DNA of 64,000 bases from a candidate division WWE3 bacterium RIFCSPHIGHO2_01_FULL_40_23 (GTDB taxonomy: Bacteria; Patescibacteriota; WWE3; UBA101185; 2-01-FULL-41-18): positions 189,483-253,482 of the forward strand of contig MEUZ01000001.1 of assembly GCA_001772615.1 (NCBI GenBank). Direction: 5' to 3'. Every line of letters begins with the position of its first letter. Positions within the stretch are counted from its first letter, which is position 1. The position numbers and the translations under genes are program-made. Below, piece after piece: positions 55,477 through 64,000 of the stretch. Under the pieces are notes generated by a model. That model saw nothing but the letters and a program-made list of their open reading frames with translations. It was not told where the DNA came from and made no database searches.

Positions 55477-57540
55477 TTAGTAAAGGGAGGAGACCTCATC
55501 CTCATCGGGGTTTTTAGGGGCTGGGGATTGTGCGGCGGGGCTTTGTGGGTAGCCTGCTTCTACCTGCGGCGCTTTTTGAGGTTGAGCTGTCGGTTGCGGC
55601 TGCCCTTCTTTTATTATGGGAATATTATTTCCGCCCAGCGGAGCTGGCTCTTGAGGTGCTTCCTGTGGTGAAGCAGGTGGGGGAGCGGGTTTATTGTAAT
55701 TTGGAACGGGCCTGTAAATCACTTTTGTCTGCGGCTGTTCTTTTAACGTTCCTTTTTCTCTTAACTTAATTAGTTCAGCAGGATTTGTTGTAACAAGCTT
55801 ATATTCCTCTTCCGACGCCTCAATTTTAATCGCAACGTGGTTGCTTCCAGCAAAAAACAGCCCTTCTCCGATGCCCGCCGATAATAAAAACCTCTTTTCT
55901 CCTTCGGACAAATAAAATGTTTCGGCAACTTTATCAATTGCCGCGGGGTGCTGTTTTAAAAGCACTTGAATTGAGGAGCTCGTGATTATTGCATGCCCGT
56001 ACTCGCTTGATAAGAAATCCTCAACATCTTGCGTAATTGTAGTTAAGCCTAGGAAATATTTCCTTGCTCTTTTTGCTATGCCATATATAAATGTCGCAGA
56101 ATCCTTGTTTTGCATCAGATACCACGCCTCATCAATAACAAGAATTCTTTTTCTTAAGTCTTTTTTAATTCTTGTCCATATGAAATCAAGTATTATGTAT
56201 ATTGCGATAGGCCTTAAAACATCCTCAAGAGACCTCGTGGAAAAAACGGTGAACTTGCTTCTTATGTCTATATTTGACCTCTGGTCAAAAATCCCTGCTA
56301 GAGAACCCTTAATATATCTTTCAAGCCTTGAGGCAAGAGCTTTTGCTTCGGGCTCTTCAAATCCAAGAAGAACTTTATATAAATCCTCCATTATCGGAGG
56401 CTCTTTTGTCCTTTGCGTTTCGGGATCCGTTGTAATTCCCTTGATTCTGTAAGCTTCTATCAGAGATTTGTCTAAAACGGCTTCTTCAACGTTAGTCATG
56501 TTCCCAAAGATTATTTTAAAAAGTGTATGCAGGGAAAGTATTTTTTGCCCCAGCTCATTTTCGCCTTCTATGGCAACCCCCGAAAGATCAAATGGGTTTA
56601 TTCTTGAAGGGGAGGATGGGGAAAATTCAATATAGTTTCCCCCTACCGCTTCGCAAAGTCTTTTGTATTCCATTTCGGGGTCAATGACTAAAATCTCGGA
56701 TCCAAAAACCATAGACCTTAAAGCTTCAAGTTTAACGAAAAATGATTTTCCTGCCCCTGATTTTGCAAAGACCACCGTGTTGGCGTTTTCCAGGGAAAAC
56801 CTATCAAATATTACAAGAGAGCCGTTATGCTTGTTTATGCCATACATTATTCCTTCGTTTGCCGTAAGATCAGATGATGTAAACGGAAAGGTTGTAGCAA
56901 GGCTAGTTGTGTCCATGTTTCTCGTAATGAGAAGCTTATCAAGGCATAACGGAATAGTTGTTTGAAAGGCCTGTTCCATCTGAAGAGACGCCTGTTTTGA
57001 AATAAGAAGAAGGGAGCCAAGAGTTGATTCAACTTTTTTGGTAACCACCTCAAGCTCTTCAAGAGTGTCTGCGGGAACAGTCACATAAAATGAAAACTGG
57101 AAAAATTTTTCCACTCCTTTTACAAGCTGTTCCTGAAGGGATTGCGCGTCTTCAAGCGCGGCGCTTACTGTGGGATCAACTATTTTGCCTCTCTCTCGAT
57201 CCGTTCTGACTGTCGCCTCCATTTCAGCAATTTTTCTTCTTAAGTCGTCAAGAATTCCCCTTGACTGCACGGGATAATAAAACATTGATATATCAAGAGT
57301 GTGTTCAAAATTAATAAGAGGTGAAAGCCAGTTGGCCCCGACAAACCTAGGGTATCCCGCGACAAACAGCGTTCTGTAATAAGTGTTTCCAACCCTTATA
57401 TGCGTGAAATCAACTTCAATTGCAGATGGAGCTATAACGTCTTTAACGTCAACCATCCCTTCCGCAAGTTTCTTTGCGGAGCCCTCGGCGCTCTTTTCTT
57501 TTTCCAGGTCCTCCTTCTTTTTGTTTATAGGCAGTTTCAT
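55477..57540 (-). CDS. virB4: Type IV secretion VirB4-family ATPase (Gram-positive / TcpF-PrgJ-like)
   Basis: N-terminal …IAPSAIEVDF…VGNTYYRTLFVAGYP; Walker A FAKSGAGKSFF; Walker B ILVIDEAWYL (DEAW). P/Q-rich C-terminal tail. Confidence 0.8.
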   Translation of the reverse strand: MKLPINKKKEDLEKEKSAEGSAKKLAEGMVDVKDVIAPSAIEVDFTHIRVGNTYYRTLFVAGYPRFVGANWLSPLINFEHTLDISMFYYPVQSRGILDDLRRKIAEMEATVRTDRERGKIVDPTVSAALEDAQSLQEQLVKGVEKFFQFSFYVTVPADTLEELEVVTKKVESTLGSLLLISKQASLQMEQAFQTTIPLCLDKLLITRNMDTTSLATTFPFTSSDLTANEGIMYGINKHNGSLVIFDRFSLENANTVVFAKSGAGKSFFVKLEALRSMVFGSEILVIDPEMEYKRLCEAVGGNYIEFSPSSPSRINPFDLSGVAIEGENELGQKILSLHTLFKIIFGNMTNVEEAVLDKSLIEAYRIKGITTDPETQRTKEPPIMEDLYKVLLGFEEPEAKALASRLERYIKGSLAGIFDQRSNIDIRSKFTVFSTRSLEDVLRPIAIYIILDFIWTRIKKDLRKRILVIDEAWYLMQNKDSATFIYGIAKRARKYFLGLTTITQDVEDFLSSEYGHAIITSSSIQVLLKQHPAAIDKVAETFYLSEGEKRFLLSAGIGEGLFFAGSNHVAIKIEASEEEYKLVTTNPAELIKLREKGTLKEQPQTKVIYRPVPNYNKPAPPPASPQEAPQEPAPLGGNNIPIIKEGQPQPTAQPQKAPQVEAGYPQSPAAQSPAPKNPDEDEVSSLY

Positions 57541-57542
57541 CT

Positions 57543-58250
57543 TTACTCCTCTAATATGGCAGGTTCAACTATCGCCACTTTAAAATCATCCACTCTTGCT
57601 TTTATCCTTTGCTCATGGACTGATGAGGGATTATAAATGTCAAAAAACAACTCAACAAGCTCCTGGGTGTTTAACTGTCTTGTTTTTATGCCGATTCTTG
57701 CGAATTCTTTAACAATGTTGTCTCTTTTAGGATACAACTCGGCCGTCGCATTTTTGATTACATGCGGGACATTTACCGTCATTCTTTTGTTTCTTGAGCC
57801 TGTCAAAAGTGATATGAAATCAAAAGGCCCGCCTCCCTGCTGCCTTGGGACATCAACTGTTCCCCCTGAAGGAATGGCCACGTAAAAACTTTTATCCAAA
57901 ACTTCATTTCTTTGTATTAAATCCTGCACAAACTTTCTGTAAGACTGCGCCTGGATACGAAGAAGAGGGTCTTTAATTTTACTTTCAACAGCCTTTACTT
58001 TTTCTATGTAGTTTGTAATATCAAGTCTTTTGCTTCTTAAAATGACCTGAATGGGGAACGAAAGAGAGTTTAAAAGGGCGGAAAACGCGGCTATTATGGC
58101 GTCCTGCTCTATTTCGGAGAGGAGGTCAAAGTTAACGGCAGTCGTTTTAAGAACCAGTGTCACTCCTCCATTTTTTAAGACCACAAGATCATCAGTTATT
58201 GTTTCTATATCAAGGTGATCTTGTGTTGAGTAATTTACTTTCTGACTCAT
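57543..58250 (-). CDS. T4SS-associated hypothetical protein, translationally coupled to virB4
   Basis: Stop TAA, two nt, then the virB4 ATG, with GAGGAG as RBS inside its 3' end. A different frame from virB4, so not a split gene. Confidence 0.55.
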   Translation of the reverse strand: MSQKVNYSTQDHLDIETITDDLVVLKNGGVTLVLKTTAVNFDLLSEIEQDAIIAAFSALLNSLSFPIQVILRSKRLDITNYIEKVKAVESKIKDPLLRIQAQSYRKFVQDLIQRNEVLDKSFYVAIPSGGTVDVPRQQGGGPFDFISLLTGSRNKRMTVNVPHVIKNATAELYPKRDNIVKEFARIGIKTRQLNTQELVELFFDIYNPSSVHEQRIKARVDDFKVAIVEPAILEE

Positions 58251-59914
58251 GTTTTTAGTTTACCAGTAAATTCAACGGGTGGTAATACCAGACCCTTTAC
58301 TTCTATACTCACTCTGTCAAAGGACATAGGGTTTTTTTCGCCCTCTTTTGAAACTTCTAAAACATAAGTTCCGTTTGAAACAGGTGTCGTTATGGAAAAT
58401 TGACCAAGTTTATTTGTCTTTAGAGCCCGCACCGTGTCGCCTTTTGAATCTTTAACTATTACCACGGCTCCTTCCAAAAGCGTTTGGGTCTGGTCCTTTA
58501 CTACCCCGTTTATGATGTTTGGGACTCCGGTGATGGGTGAGATGTTTGAGAAGGTTGCCTTCTGCAATGGGGCTTGCGCCTGTGCTCCTTGTGTAAATTC
58601 AGAAGGTATTACAGGTACATGTACCTTCTCCACCACTTTTTGCACGATAACCCTTGGCTGTTCGCTTCCCATTTCTTTAATCTTTTGCTCCATCTCAAAA
58701 ATTCTTTGCTGAAGAAGTGCAACCTCTCTGTCGGCCTGCTCCTTTTCCGTTTGGAGGTTTTTTATCTGATTTGTGATCTGATCTTTTTCTTCTTTACTGC
58801 TTCCAGCCTGACCGGCTTTTTTCTTAAGCTCCTCTATCTCTTTTTCCAGCCTTTGATTGTCAGTTTTAAGTTGGGCTACCGCTTGCGAAGCGCCTTTTTG
58901 GATTGTGCCTTTTGTAGCCTCCTCCACTTTTGCGGCCGGTGCCTCCTCCTTTTTTTCCTTCGGCTGCTGCCCTTTCTTTATTTTTTCAACAAGTTCGGTG
59001 AGCTGCCTTGTTTTTAATGAAAGGTCACTTTCCGCTTTTTCTTCAGTCGGTTTTACTACCCGTTCTCCCCTTACGGGAAGCACTATTTCACCTTCCGTTC
59101 TTGAAAGATGTGTAAATCTCCTTCCCGCAAGTCTGTCCGGTGTTATGGGGGACCCCGTGTAAAATTTAGGCGTGTATTGGTGAGGTATTATTACCTGTGC
59201 AGGGCTTATTTTTGGTTCCTCCGCTTGTGGGAGTGTTATTTCGGCTTCAAGAAAAGGGGTGGCTTCGGGTTTCTGCGGGATTTCCTCTACTGGTTTAGGG
59301 GGTTTAGGAGCCCCCACTTCTTTGATTTCTGGTTCCAATCCTTTTACTTCCGGTGTGTAGGGCCTAAGAGGCTTGAAGACCTGCTTCGGCTCTTCCGTTG
59401 TGGTTACTACACCGCCGTAAGCTTCTTTTACTTTGTTTATAAAATAATCCTCGGCAATATCAAGAGGGTCTTTAGGGGCTCCGGCACCTTCACGTTCAAG
59501 ATACTGCTCAAGCTTTCTCCTGCTTGCAGTCGGGGCTACAGCCATAAGCTCCGATTTAAGCATGGCAAGATTTTGATATAAAAAGTAGCTTGGAGGGACT
59601 ATTTCTTTTCTCCATATCCTTTGGGTTGGTGTGTAAATTGCGTTTATAAAGTTAGCAACCCATTGATCAAGTCCTCTTTCCTCAACCGGTACAAAAGCGA
59701 TCGCAACGCCTGCCCCCGCTATTAAAAGCGCAACGGGAAGCCTTAAAAAGCTTGGAAGTCCTGATCTTAGCGCCCCGAATGCAAAAATCGCGGCTATTAC
59801 TAAGTAAAAGAACTGCCTCATGGTAAGGCTTCCAATCACTTTAAATTCAACCTGCATTATGTTCTGGGGAACCGCGTGCTGCTTGTTTGTTTGAACGACT
59901 TCGTTTATGGGCAT
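58247..59914 (-). CDS. T4SS-associated bitopic membrane protein (VirB3/VirB8-like N-terminus, coiled coil, C-terminal carboxypeptidase-regulatory-like beta-sandwich)
   Basis: Two N-terminal TM helices; Pro-rich spacer; Lys/Glu coiled coil; C-terminal …VVIVKDSKGDTVRALKTNKLGQFSITT…GTYVLEV…. Confidence 0.55.
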   Translation of the reverse strand: MPINEVVQTNKQHAVPQNIMQVEFKVIGSLTMRQFFYLVIAAIFAFGALRSGLPSFLRLPVALLIAGAGVAIAFVPVEERGLDQWVANFINAIYTPTQRIWRKEIVPPSYFLYQNLAMLKSELMAVAPTASRRKLEQYLEREGAGAPKDPLDIAEDYFINKVKEAYGGVVTTTEEPKQVFKPLRPYTPEVKGLEPEIKEVGAPKPPKPVEEIPQKPEATPFLEAEITLPQAEEPKISPAQVIIPHQYTPKFYTGSPITPDRLAGRRFTHLSRTEGEIVLPVRGERVVKPTEEKAESDLSLKTRQLTELVEKIKKGQQPKEKKEEAPAAKVEEATKGTIQKGASQAVAQLKTDNQRLEKEIEELKKKAGQAGSSKEEKDQITNQIKNLQTEKEQADREVALLQQRIFEMEQKIKEMGSEQPRVIVQKVVEKVHVPVIPSEFTQGAQAQAPLQKATFSNISPITGVPNIINGVVKDQTQTLLEGAVVIVKDSKGDTVRALKTNKLGQFSITTPVSNGTYVLEVSKEGEKNPMSFDRVSIEVKGLVLPPVEFTGKLKT

Positions 59915-59976
59915 GTTTATGATGAATTATAACTTTTTAAAACCCTAAAAGACAGAGTAACGTTTAATTATATCAT

Positions 59977-61251
59977 TTATTTTTTGGGTTTGAGGTAGGC
60001 ATTTATCATGCCGGGGGCGCGAAGGGCTACAATCCATGTTCCAAACATAAGCATGCCGCCGACAAGAGGCGATAGCGCTGTGCTCCAAAAGCCGGGTGTT
60101 GGGGTGCTGCTGTCCCAAAGAACCGATAAGAATAGGTAAAAGCCAAGCATTATTAAAAGAACTATTGCAGGAAGAGCTAGCACTGCCGAAAGCATGTCCA
60201 CAAACCAGTCTTTAATTCTATGCTCTTGTCCGGGAATAGCCGCGATAGCAAAAATCAAAGGAGAAAATATCGTCAAAAATATTATTTTAAGATAGTTAAA
60301 GATATACACAGCGCCAAGCGCGAATAGAAATATCACAAGGAAAACAAGAGCTACCAAAACGACAAGAGTAAGGCCGATTGTAAGTATAAAACCAAGCCCA
60401 ATCGGACCAAGAAGCACTTTTGCCGCGCAATCTGACGCCGCAGAGATACTTGATATCTCGCTACAGCTGTATGGAGGGGTTGTTAAAGAAGGATTGACTC
60501 CCTTAAGCACCGATGCCCCGCCTCCCGTTGTCTCAAGTATAAAAGATCCGGCTATCTTTACGAGAGGGCTGTTCCATCCAAGCCCTATGGACTGATCAAA
60601 GATAGCTCCTATCCCATAGCTTAAGGTGATAAGAATGGCACTTATTATTATTCTCGGAATTGCGGCCTGCGCCGTTACTGCCGTTTGCGGATCTATTTTT
60701 GATCTCATTGAAATCATGACTGAAATAACGAGCACAAAAGCGGCAAGGAGTCCGTACGAAGCATTTCTAAAGCCTTTCCATATTTCATAAACGCTTTTAA
60801 AAGGGTTGGAAATGGTTGCGGCTTGCGCTTCCTGGAAAACAGGCGAATCCTCTTTTATTCCGTTAAAGTAAAGAGCAAGGGTTGCGGGAGGTGGTGTGTC
60901 CACTGCCCCCTGCAGAGTTGAGGTGGATAGGGCTAAGAGGCTTCCGTTTCTAAGGCCCGTACCCTGTCCGGTAAGGTTTAAGTCAGGCCAATCCGAAGTA
61001 TCTGAAAAACAATCAGTCGGGTAGCCCGTCATGCCTATATAAAAAGAGTCTATTAAAGCCTGAAACGCGCCGACCCCAAGAGACCTTTGGGTGCTTTCAT
61101 CCCCAAGGATCACACCGATAACAGTCTGCCAGAAAGTTGAGCCCGGAGGTCTTGTCCCGTCTCCGCAAGAGGCAAGCCCGGGACGCGCAAAAATAATCGC
61201 AATAAGAAATAAGGTTACAAACAGCGGTACTGCCTTTTTTAAAGTACTCAT
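59977..61251 (-). CDS. VirB6/TrbL-like polytopic membrane protein
   Basis: Signal peptide, about 120-aa extracellular domain, then about 6 TM helices; position inside the T4SS cluster. Confidence 0.5.
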   Translation of the reverse strand: MSTLKKAVPLFVTLFLIAIIFARPGLASCGDGTRPPGSTFWQTVIGVILGDESTQRSLGVGAFQALIDSFYIGMTGYPTDCFSDTSDWPDLNLTGQGTGLRNGSLLALSTSTLQGAVDTPPPATLALYFNGIKEDSPVFQEAQAATISNPFKSVYEIWKGFRNASYGLLAAFVLVISVMISMRSKIDPQTAVTAQAAIPRIIISAILITLSYGIGAIFDQSIGLGWNSPLVKIAGSFILETTGGGASVLKGVNPSLTTPPYSCSEISSISAASDCAAKVLLGPIGLGFILTIGLTLVVLVALVFLVIFLFALGAVYIFNYLKIIFLTIFSPLIFAIAAIPGQEHRIKDWFVDMLSAVLALPAIVLLIMLGFYLFLSVLWDSSTPTPGFWSTALSPLVGGMLMFGTWIVALRAPGMINAYLKPKK

Positions 61252-61313
61252 ATTCTTGAGTAGATATTAAGCCCATATATTAAAAAGTTCAAGTATTTGC
61301 TACTATTTAAACC

Positions 61314-63917
61314 ATGGCGCCGCCTATTCTTTACCCGGGTTATTACCCCGGAACCCGTCCGCTTAAAGGAAAAAGAGGAAGACCAAGGAAAATCTTTCCC
61401 GACCCATTTTTAACGGATTTAACATCCGCAATTAATGTGCAGGGCTCCGTTTTGGGTTTGCCCAATCAGATCGGCGAGCTTTTTGAAAAAGATTTTACAA
61501 ACGGTCTTAAGATAAGATACGGGATTTCAGAAGTGGAGTCGGGAGTTGCGGCCGAAGAACTTCAGGCTATAGAAGAAGAATATCAGGAGCTTCCCGGGGC
61601 GATGGGGATCGGGATAAGTTTTGATCCCGAAGTGTGGAAGAAAAAAGGTTTTGAGCAAAATCTTAGGGAAACGGGCGAAGAGTGGATAAACGCGGTTTTA
61701 GGTTTTAAGGATTTAAGCGTTAGAACCGAGCTTGCCGGAGTATGGGATCCTCTTTTAAACCCTACGAGAGAGGCAACCGAAGCGCAAAAGAAGATGAGCC
61801 TTCACGCGATTTCATATGCGCAAAAGTATGTAAACGAGCCGGGGGGACCACAGGCAAAAGAATTCTCAAGCGTTAACGACCTTTCAAATTCAATCAGAAA
61901 TTTCGTTGTTTTTGGAAATACAGCCTCTGAAAGAGGCAGGAAGTTTGACACGGTTCAGCTTAATTTTGCTTTTGCTTTATCTCAAGTCGTAAATAAAGAT
62001 ACAAAAGTTGCAAATTTCGGAGCTAACATTCTTGCCAAGGAGACGGCCTTATCAAGCATTGGGTCAAACATTGCGTCACTTGAAAGAAGGCTTGCCGCAA
62101 CAACTGATCCTGATACACAAAGGGCTTTGCAGGATCAGCTAGACCTTCTTCATGCTGATGAAAGTAGAATTAATGCCGAGGTTTCGGAGCTTAGGGAAAA
62201 AGACTCCACTATCAAAACTCTTAACGCAAGGCTTGATAAAGCTTTGACCACTCCTAGAAAAGAAAGAGCGCTAAAGCTTACACAAAAAGCAAGAGCGAGG
62301 CTTGAGGCGCAGCTTAAGACTGAAAGTGACCCTGCAACAAGAGCCAGCATTGAAGCAAGGATCACGGATTTAAAAAAAGATGAGAATGACTTAAAAGGGT
62401 TTCTTGACTCGCTTACGGATAAGGATAGGGCGGAGCAGCGGAAAGAGCTTAAAGGGTTATGGGGCGATGCTGTTAATTCAAAAGACGGTGAGTTAAAAGA
62501 TGCTCTTAATGAGGTTGATGACAAGAAGCTTGCGGGATGGGCAAAGCTTGTTGATTTTAGAAATAATGTTTTTACCTATAACGAATATATTGACTCGGCC
62601 GCAGAAGGAAGGCTGTTTCAAACTTTCGTCTGGAACAGGATTAGAAGGGCACTTCCTTTTTTAGGGCAGGCTTACTCGGCCAAAATGTTTATTGACAACC
62701 CGTTAAGATTTGCCATAAGCGTTTTTGCCAAGGCGACGAGCGCGAAGGGCTATGATCTTCCCGTTGTGGGAAAATTCAGAATCCCCTTTGTCAACAGGTT
62801 AATGACCTCCATCGGAAAGTTTCTTGACGGAACTCTTGGGAAAATCGCCAAACTTATTGCAAGAAGTCCGATTCTTAGGGGGATTGTAACCACGCTTACC
62901 GGGGGGCTTGTCAGAAGTATCGTCAATAAAGCGGTTATGAGCATCATCGCTGGGGCGGGTGTTACGGGTGTAGGTACGATTCCGGCCGCCGCGGCTGCGG
63001 CCTTAACTTACGTCGGGGAAAAGGTTTGGAGTATTTTTGTTTCCTTTATAAAGCTTGATATTTCAGGGGCGATAGATAAGATCGCAAAGGAGTTTTCTAA
63101 TTTATTAAAACTTGGAATGCTTGCGATAGGCGTGCCTATTTTTTTGATAGGCGCAATTTTTTATATGGTTATTAATATTATGACGGCCCCGATGTCAGGG
63201 ACCTCAACGGTTGGCAGAGGAGGGGCGACTGGGATTACAAGCGGTGGTGGTACTGGAACCGTTGGGGGAGGCGGCAGCTCCTGCTCTGTCGTTCCGAAGG
63301 GGTTTGATAACGACCTTTTTTCAAAAATGGAGCCGTTTGGAAGCCCCAAACTTATTGATGTGCCTGACAGCATTTTCTTTGGGCAGGGAAGCTGTTATGG
63401 GGAGTGCAGGACATCTGTAAATTATCTGCACGGCGGTTTAGATCTTAATACTAACCACGATTATAGCGAACCCGCGCTGACATCACCTTATCAGGGAGAT
63501 GCCGTTGTGTTTTTTGCCAACTCAAGCTGTACGGGCGGGGGTAAAGGCTGTGGAAACGGTTTTGGGAACCACGTTATTCTAAAAGTTTCGGGGGAGGAGG
63601 ATTGCACCGATTACGGTGAATGCGGAACCAACATGTACATATATTTTGCCCATTTAAGTTCTTTGTCCGTAAGTGTTGGAGACACTGTTTCCTACGGTGA
63701 GGGGGTTGGTAAGCTTGGCAACACGGGAAATTCCACGGGCCCGCATTTGCATTTTGAAATAAGGTCAGGTTCTACAAATTCAGCCTACACCGTAAACCCA
63801 TGTTTTGTTTTCTCCTGTGACCCAATCAGCGACTTTAGCAGTGCAGCGAGATCAAGCTGCAGGCCTCCCGAGATTCACGGTCCTCTTTTCAACGATTATG
63901 ATGCCTCTTACCATTAA
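61314..63917 (+). CDS. Large T4SS-associated protein with C-terminal M23 (LytM-type) peptidase domain
   Basis: AT-hook-like GKRGRPRK at the N-terminus, long coiled-coil region, two TM helices, Gly-rich linker. M23 motifs HGGLDL…HDY…GNHVIL and …GNTGNSTGPHLHFEI. Confidence 0.75.
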   Translation: MAPPILYPGYYPGTRPLKGKRGRPRKIFPDPFLTDLTSAINVQGSVLGLPNQIGELFEKDFTNGLKIRYGISEVESGVAAEELQAIEEEYQELPGAMGIGISFDPEVWKKKGFEQNLRETGEEWINAVLGFKDLSVRTELAGVWDPLLNPTREATEAQKKMSLHAISYAQKYVNEPGGPQAKEFSSVNDLSNSIRNFVVFGNTASERGRKFDTVQLNFAFALSQVVNKDTKVANFGANILAKETALSSIGSNIASLERRLAATTDPDTQRALQDQLDLLHADESRINAEVSELREKDSTIKTLNARLDKALTTPRKERALKLTQKARARLEAQLKTESDPATRASIEARITDLKKDENDLKGFLDSLTDKDRAEQRKELKGLWGDAVNSKDGELKDALNEVDDKKLAGWAKLVDFRNNVFTYNEYIDSAAEGRLFQTFVWNRIRRALPFLGQAYSAKMFIDNPLRFAISVFAKATSAKGYDLPVVGKFRIPFVNRLMTSIGKFLDGTLGKIAKLIARSPILRGIVTTLTGGLVRSIVNKAVMSIIAGAGVTGVGTIPAAAAAALTYVGEKVWSIFVSFIKLDISGAIDKIAKEFSNLLKLGMLAIGVPIFLIGAIFYMVINIMTAPMSGTSTVGRGGATGITSGGGTGTVGGGGSSCSVVPKGFDNDLFSKMEPFGSPKLIDVPDSIFFGQGSCYGECRTSVNYLHGGLDLNTNHDYSEPALTSPYQGDAVVFFANSSCTGGGKGCGNGFGNHVILKVSGEEDCTDYGECGTNMYIYFAHLSSLSVSVGDTVSYGEGVGKLGNTGNSTGPHLHFEIRSGSTNSAYTVNPCFVFSCDPISDFSSAARSSCRPPEIHGPLFNDYDASYH

Positions 63918-64000
63918 TTGCCAAATTCTTTTGTTATAATATCTTTGTGTTTGAGAGAATTTATAATTTTTTTCAGAGCAGGAGAGCACTTGCTTTATTA

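Noticed and set aside
55477-58250. Considered that the 235-aa ORF and virB4 are two halves of one VirB4 gene split by a frameshift or stop (pseudogene).
   Set aside because: The two ORFs are in different frames and are separated by TAA + AG + ATG, with a GAGGAG Shine-Dalgarno in the upstream gene's last codons. This is a normal coupled junction. The 687-aa protein already contains a complete VirB4-like N-terminal motif and ATPase domain.
1-64000. CRISPR arrays, rRNA genes, transposases or integrases, reverse transcriptases, toxin-antitoxin pairs.
   Set aside because: No regularly spaced identical repeats, no rRNA-like conserved stretches, and no ORF with DDE, tyrosine-recombinase, RT (YxDD) or typical toxin motifs were seen. 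The only dispersed repeats are the palindromic elements described above.

Overview
AT-rich bacterial chromosomal window (about 40% GC by eye). Genes are small, frequently overlapping or translationally coupled, and there are many membrane or secreted orphan proteins, which is the style of a reduced-genome bacterium (possibly Patescibacteria/CPR-like; this is inference). Clear core genes: acyP, msrB, rmuC, uppS, tatD, groES-groEL, rnhA, rplY, valS, tsaD, and the replication-origin neighbourhood dnaA (-) / rpmH-rnpA-yidD-yidC-jag-dnaN (+), with DnaA-box clusters on both sides of dnaA. One tRNA-Cys(GCA) has its 3' end duplicated 141 bp downstream (att-like direct repeat) and is followed by a GC-rich block at about 23.1-31.7 kb encoding secreted, membrane or lipo-proteins (HExxH zincin-like, HAD hydrolase, FGE-sulfatase-domain lipoprotein, DSGSW-repeat protein, zinc-ribbon protein). 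A cell-envelope glycan cluster at 14.5-21.1 kb has a processive GT2 (QxxRW), a MraY/WecA-like transferase, a UbiA/DPPR-synthase-like prenyltransferase and an O-antigen-ligase-like protein. At 37.1-40.8 kb a Wzz-like protein sits next to a 1017-aa fusion of an NAD-epimerase/dehydratase with a large extracytoplasmic domain. Next to dnaN is a type IV secretion-like cluster: VirB4-family ATPase, a coupled 235-aa partner, a VirB3/8-like bitopic protein, a VirB6-like polytopic protein and an 867-aa M23-peptidase protein. The most unusual signal is a family of at least 11 short structured palindromic elements (GTCATCCCGGGCTTGACCCGGGATC and GTCATTCCNGCGAAAGCNGGAATC types) in intergenic regions; two are inserted in-frame inside coding sequences (tsaD and a DUF1232 gene), which is RPE-like behaviour. 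A likely RNase P RNA (rnpB) lies in the 45.2-45.5 kb non-coding gap. No CRISPR array, rRNA, reverse transcriptase or transposase was seen. The ORF track uses alternative start codons (GTG and TTG) reported as M.
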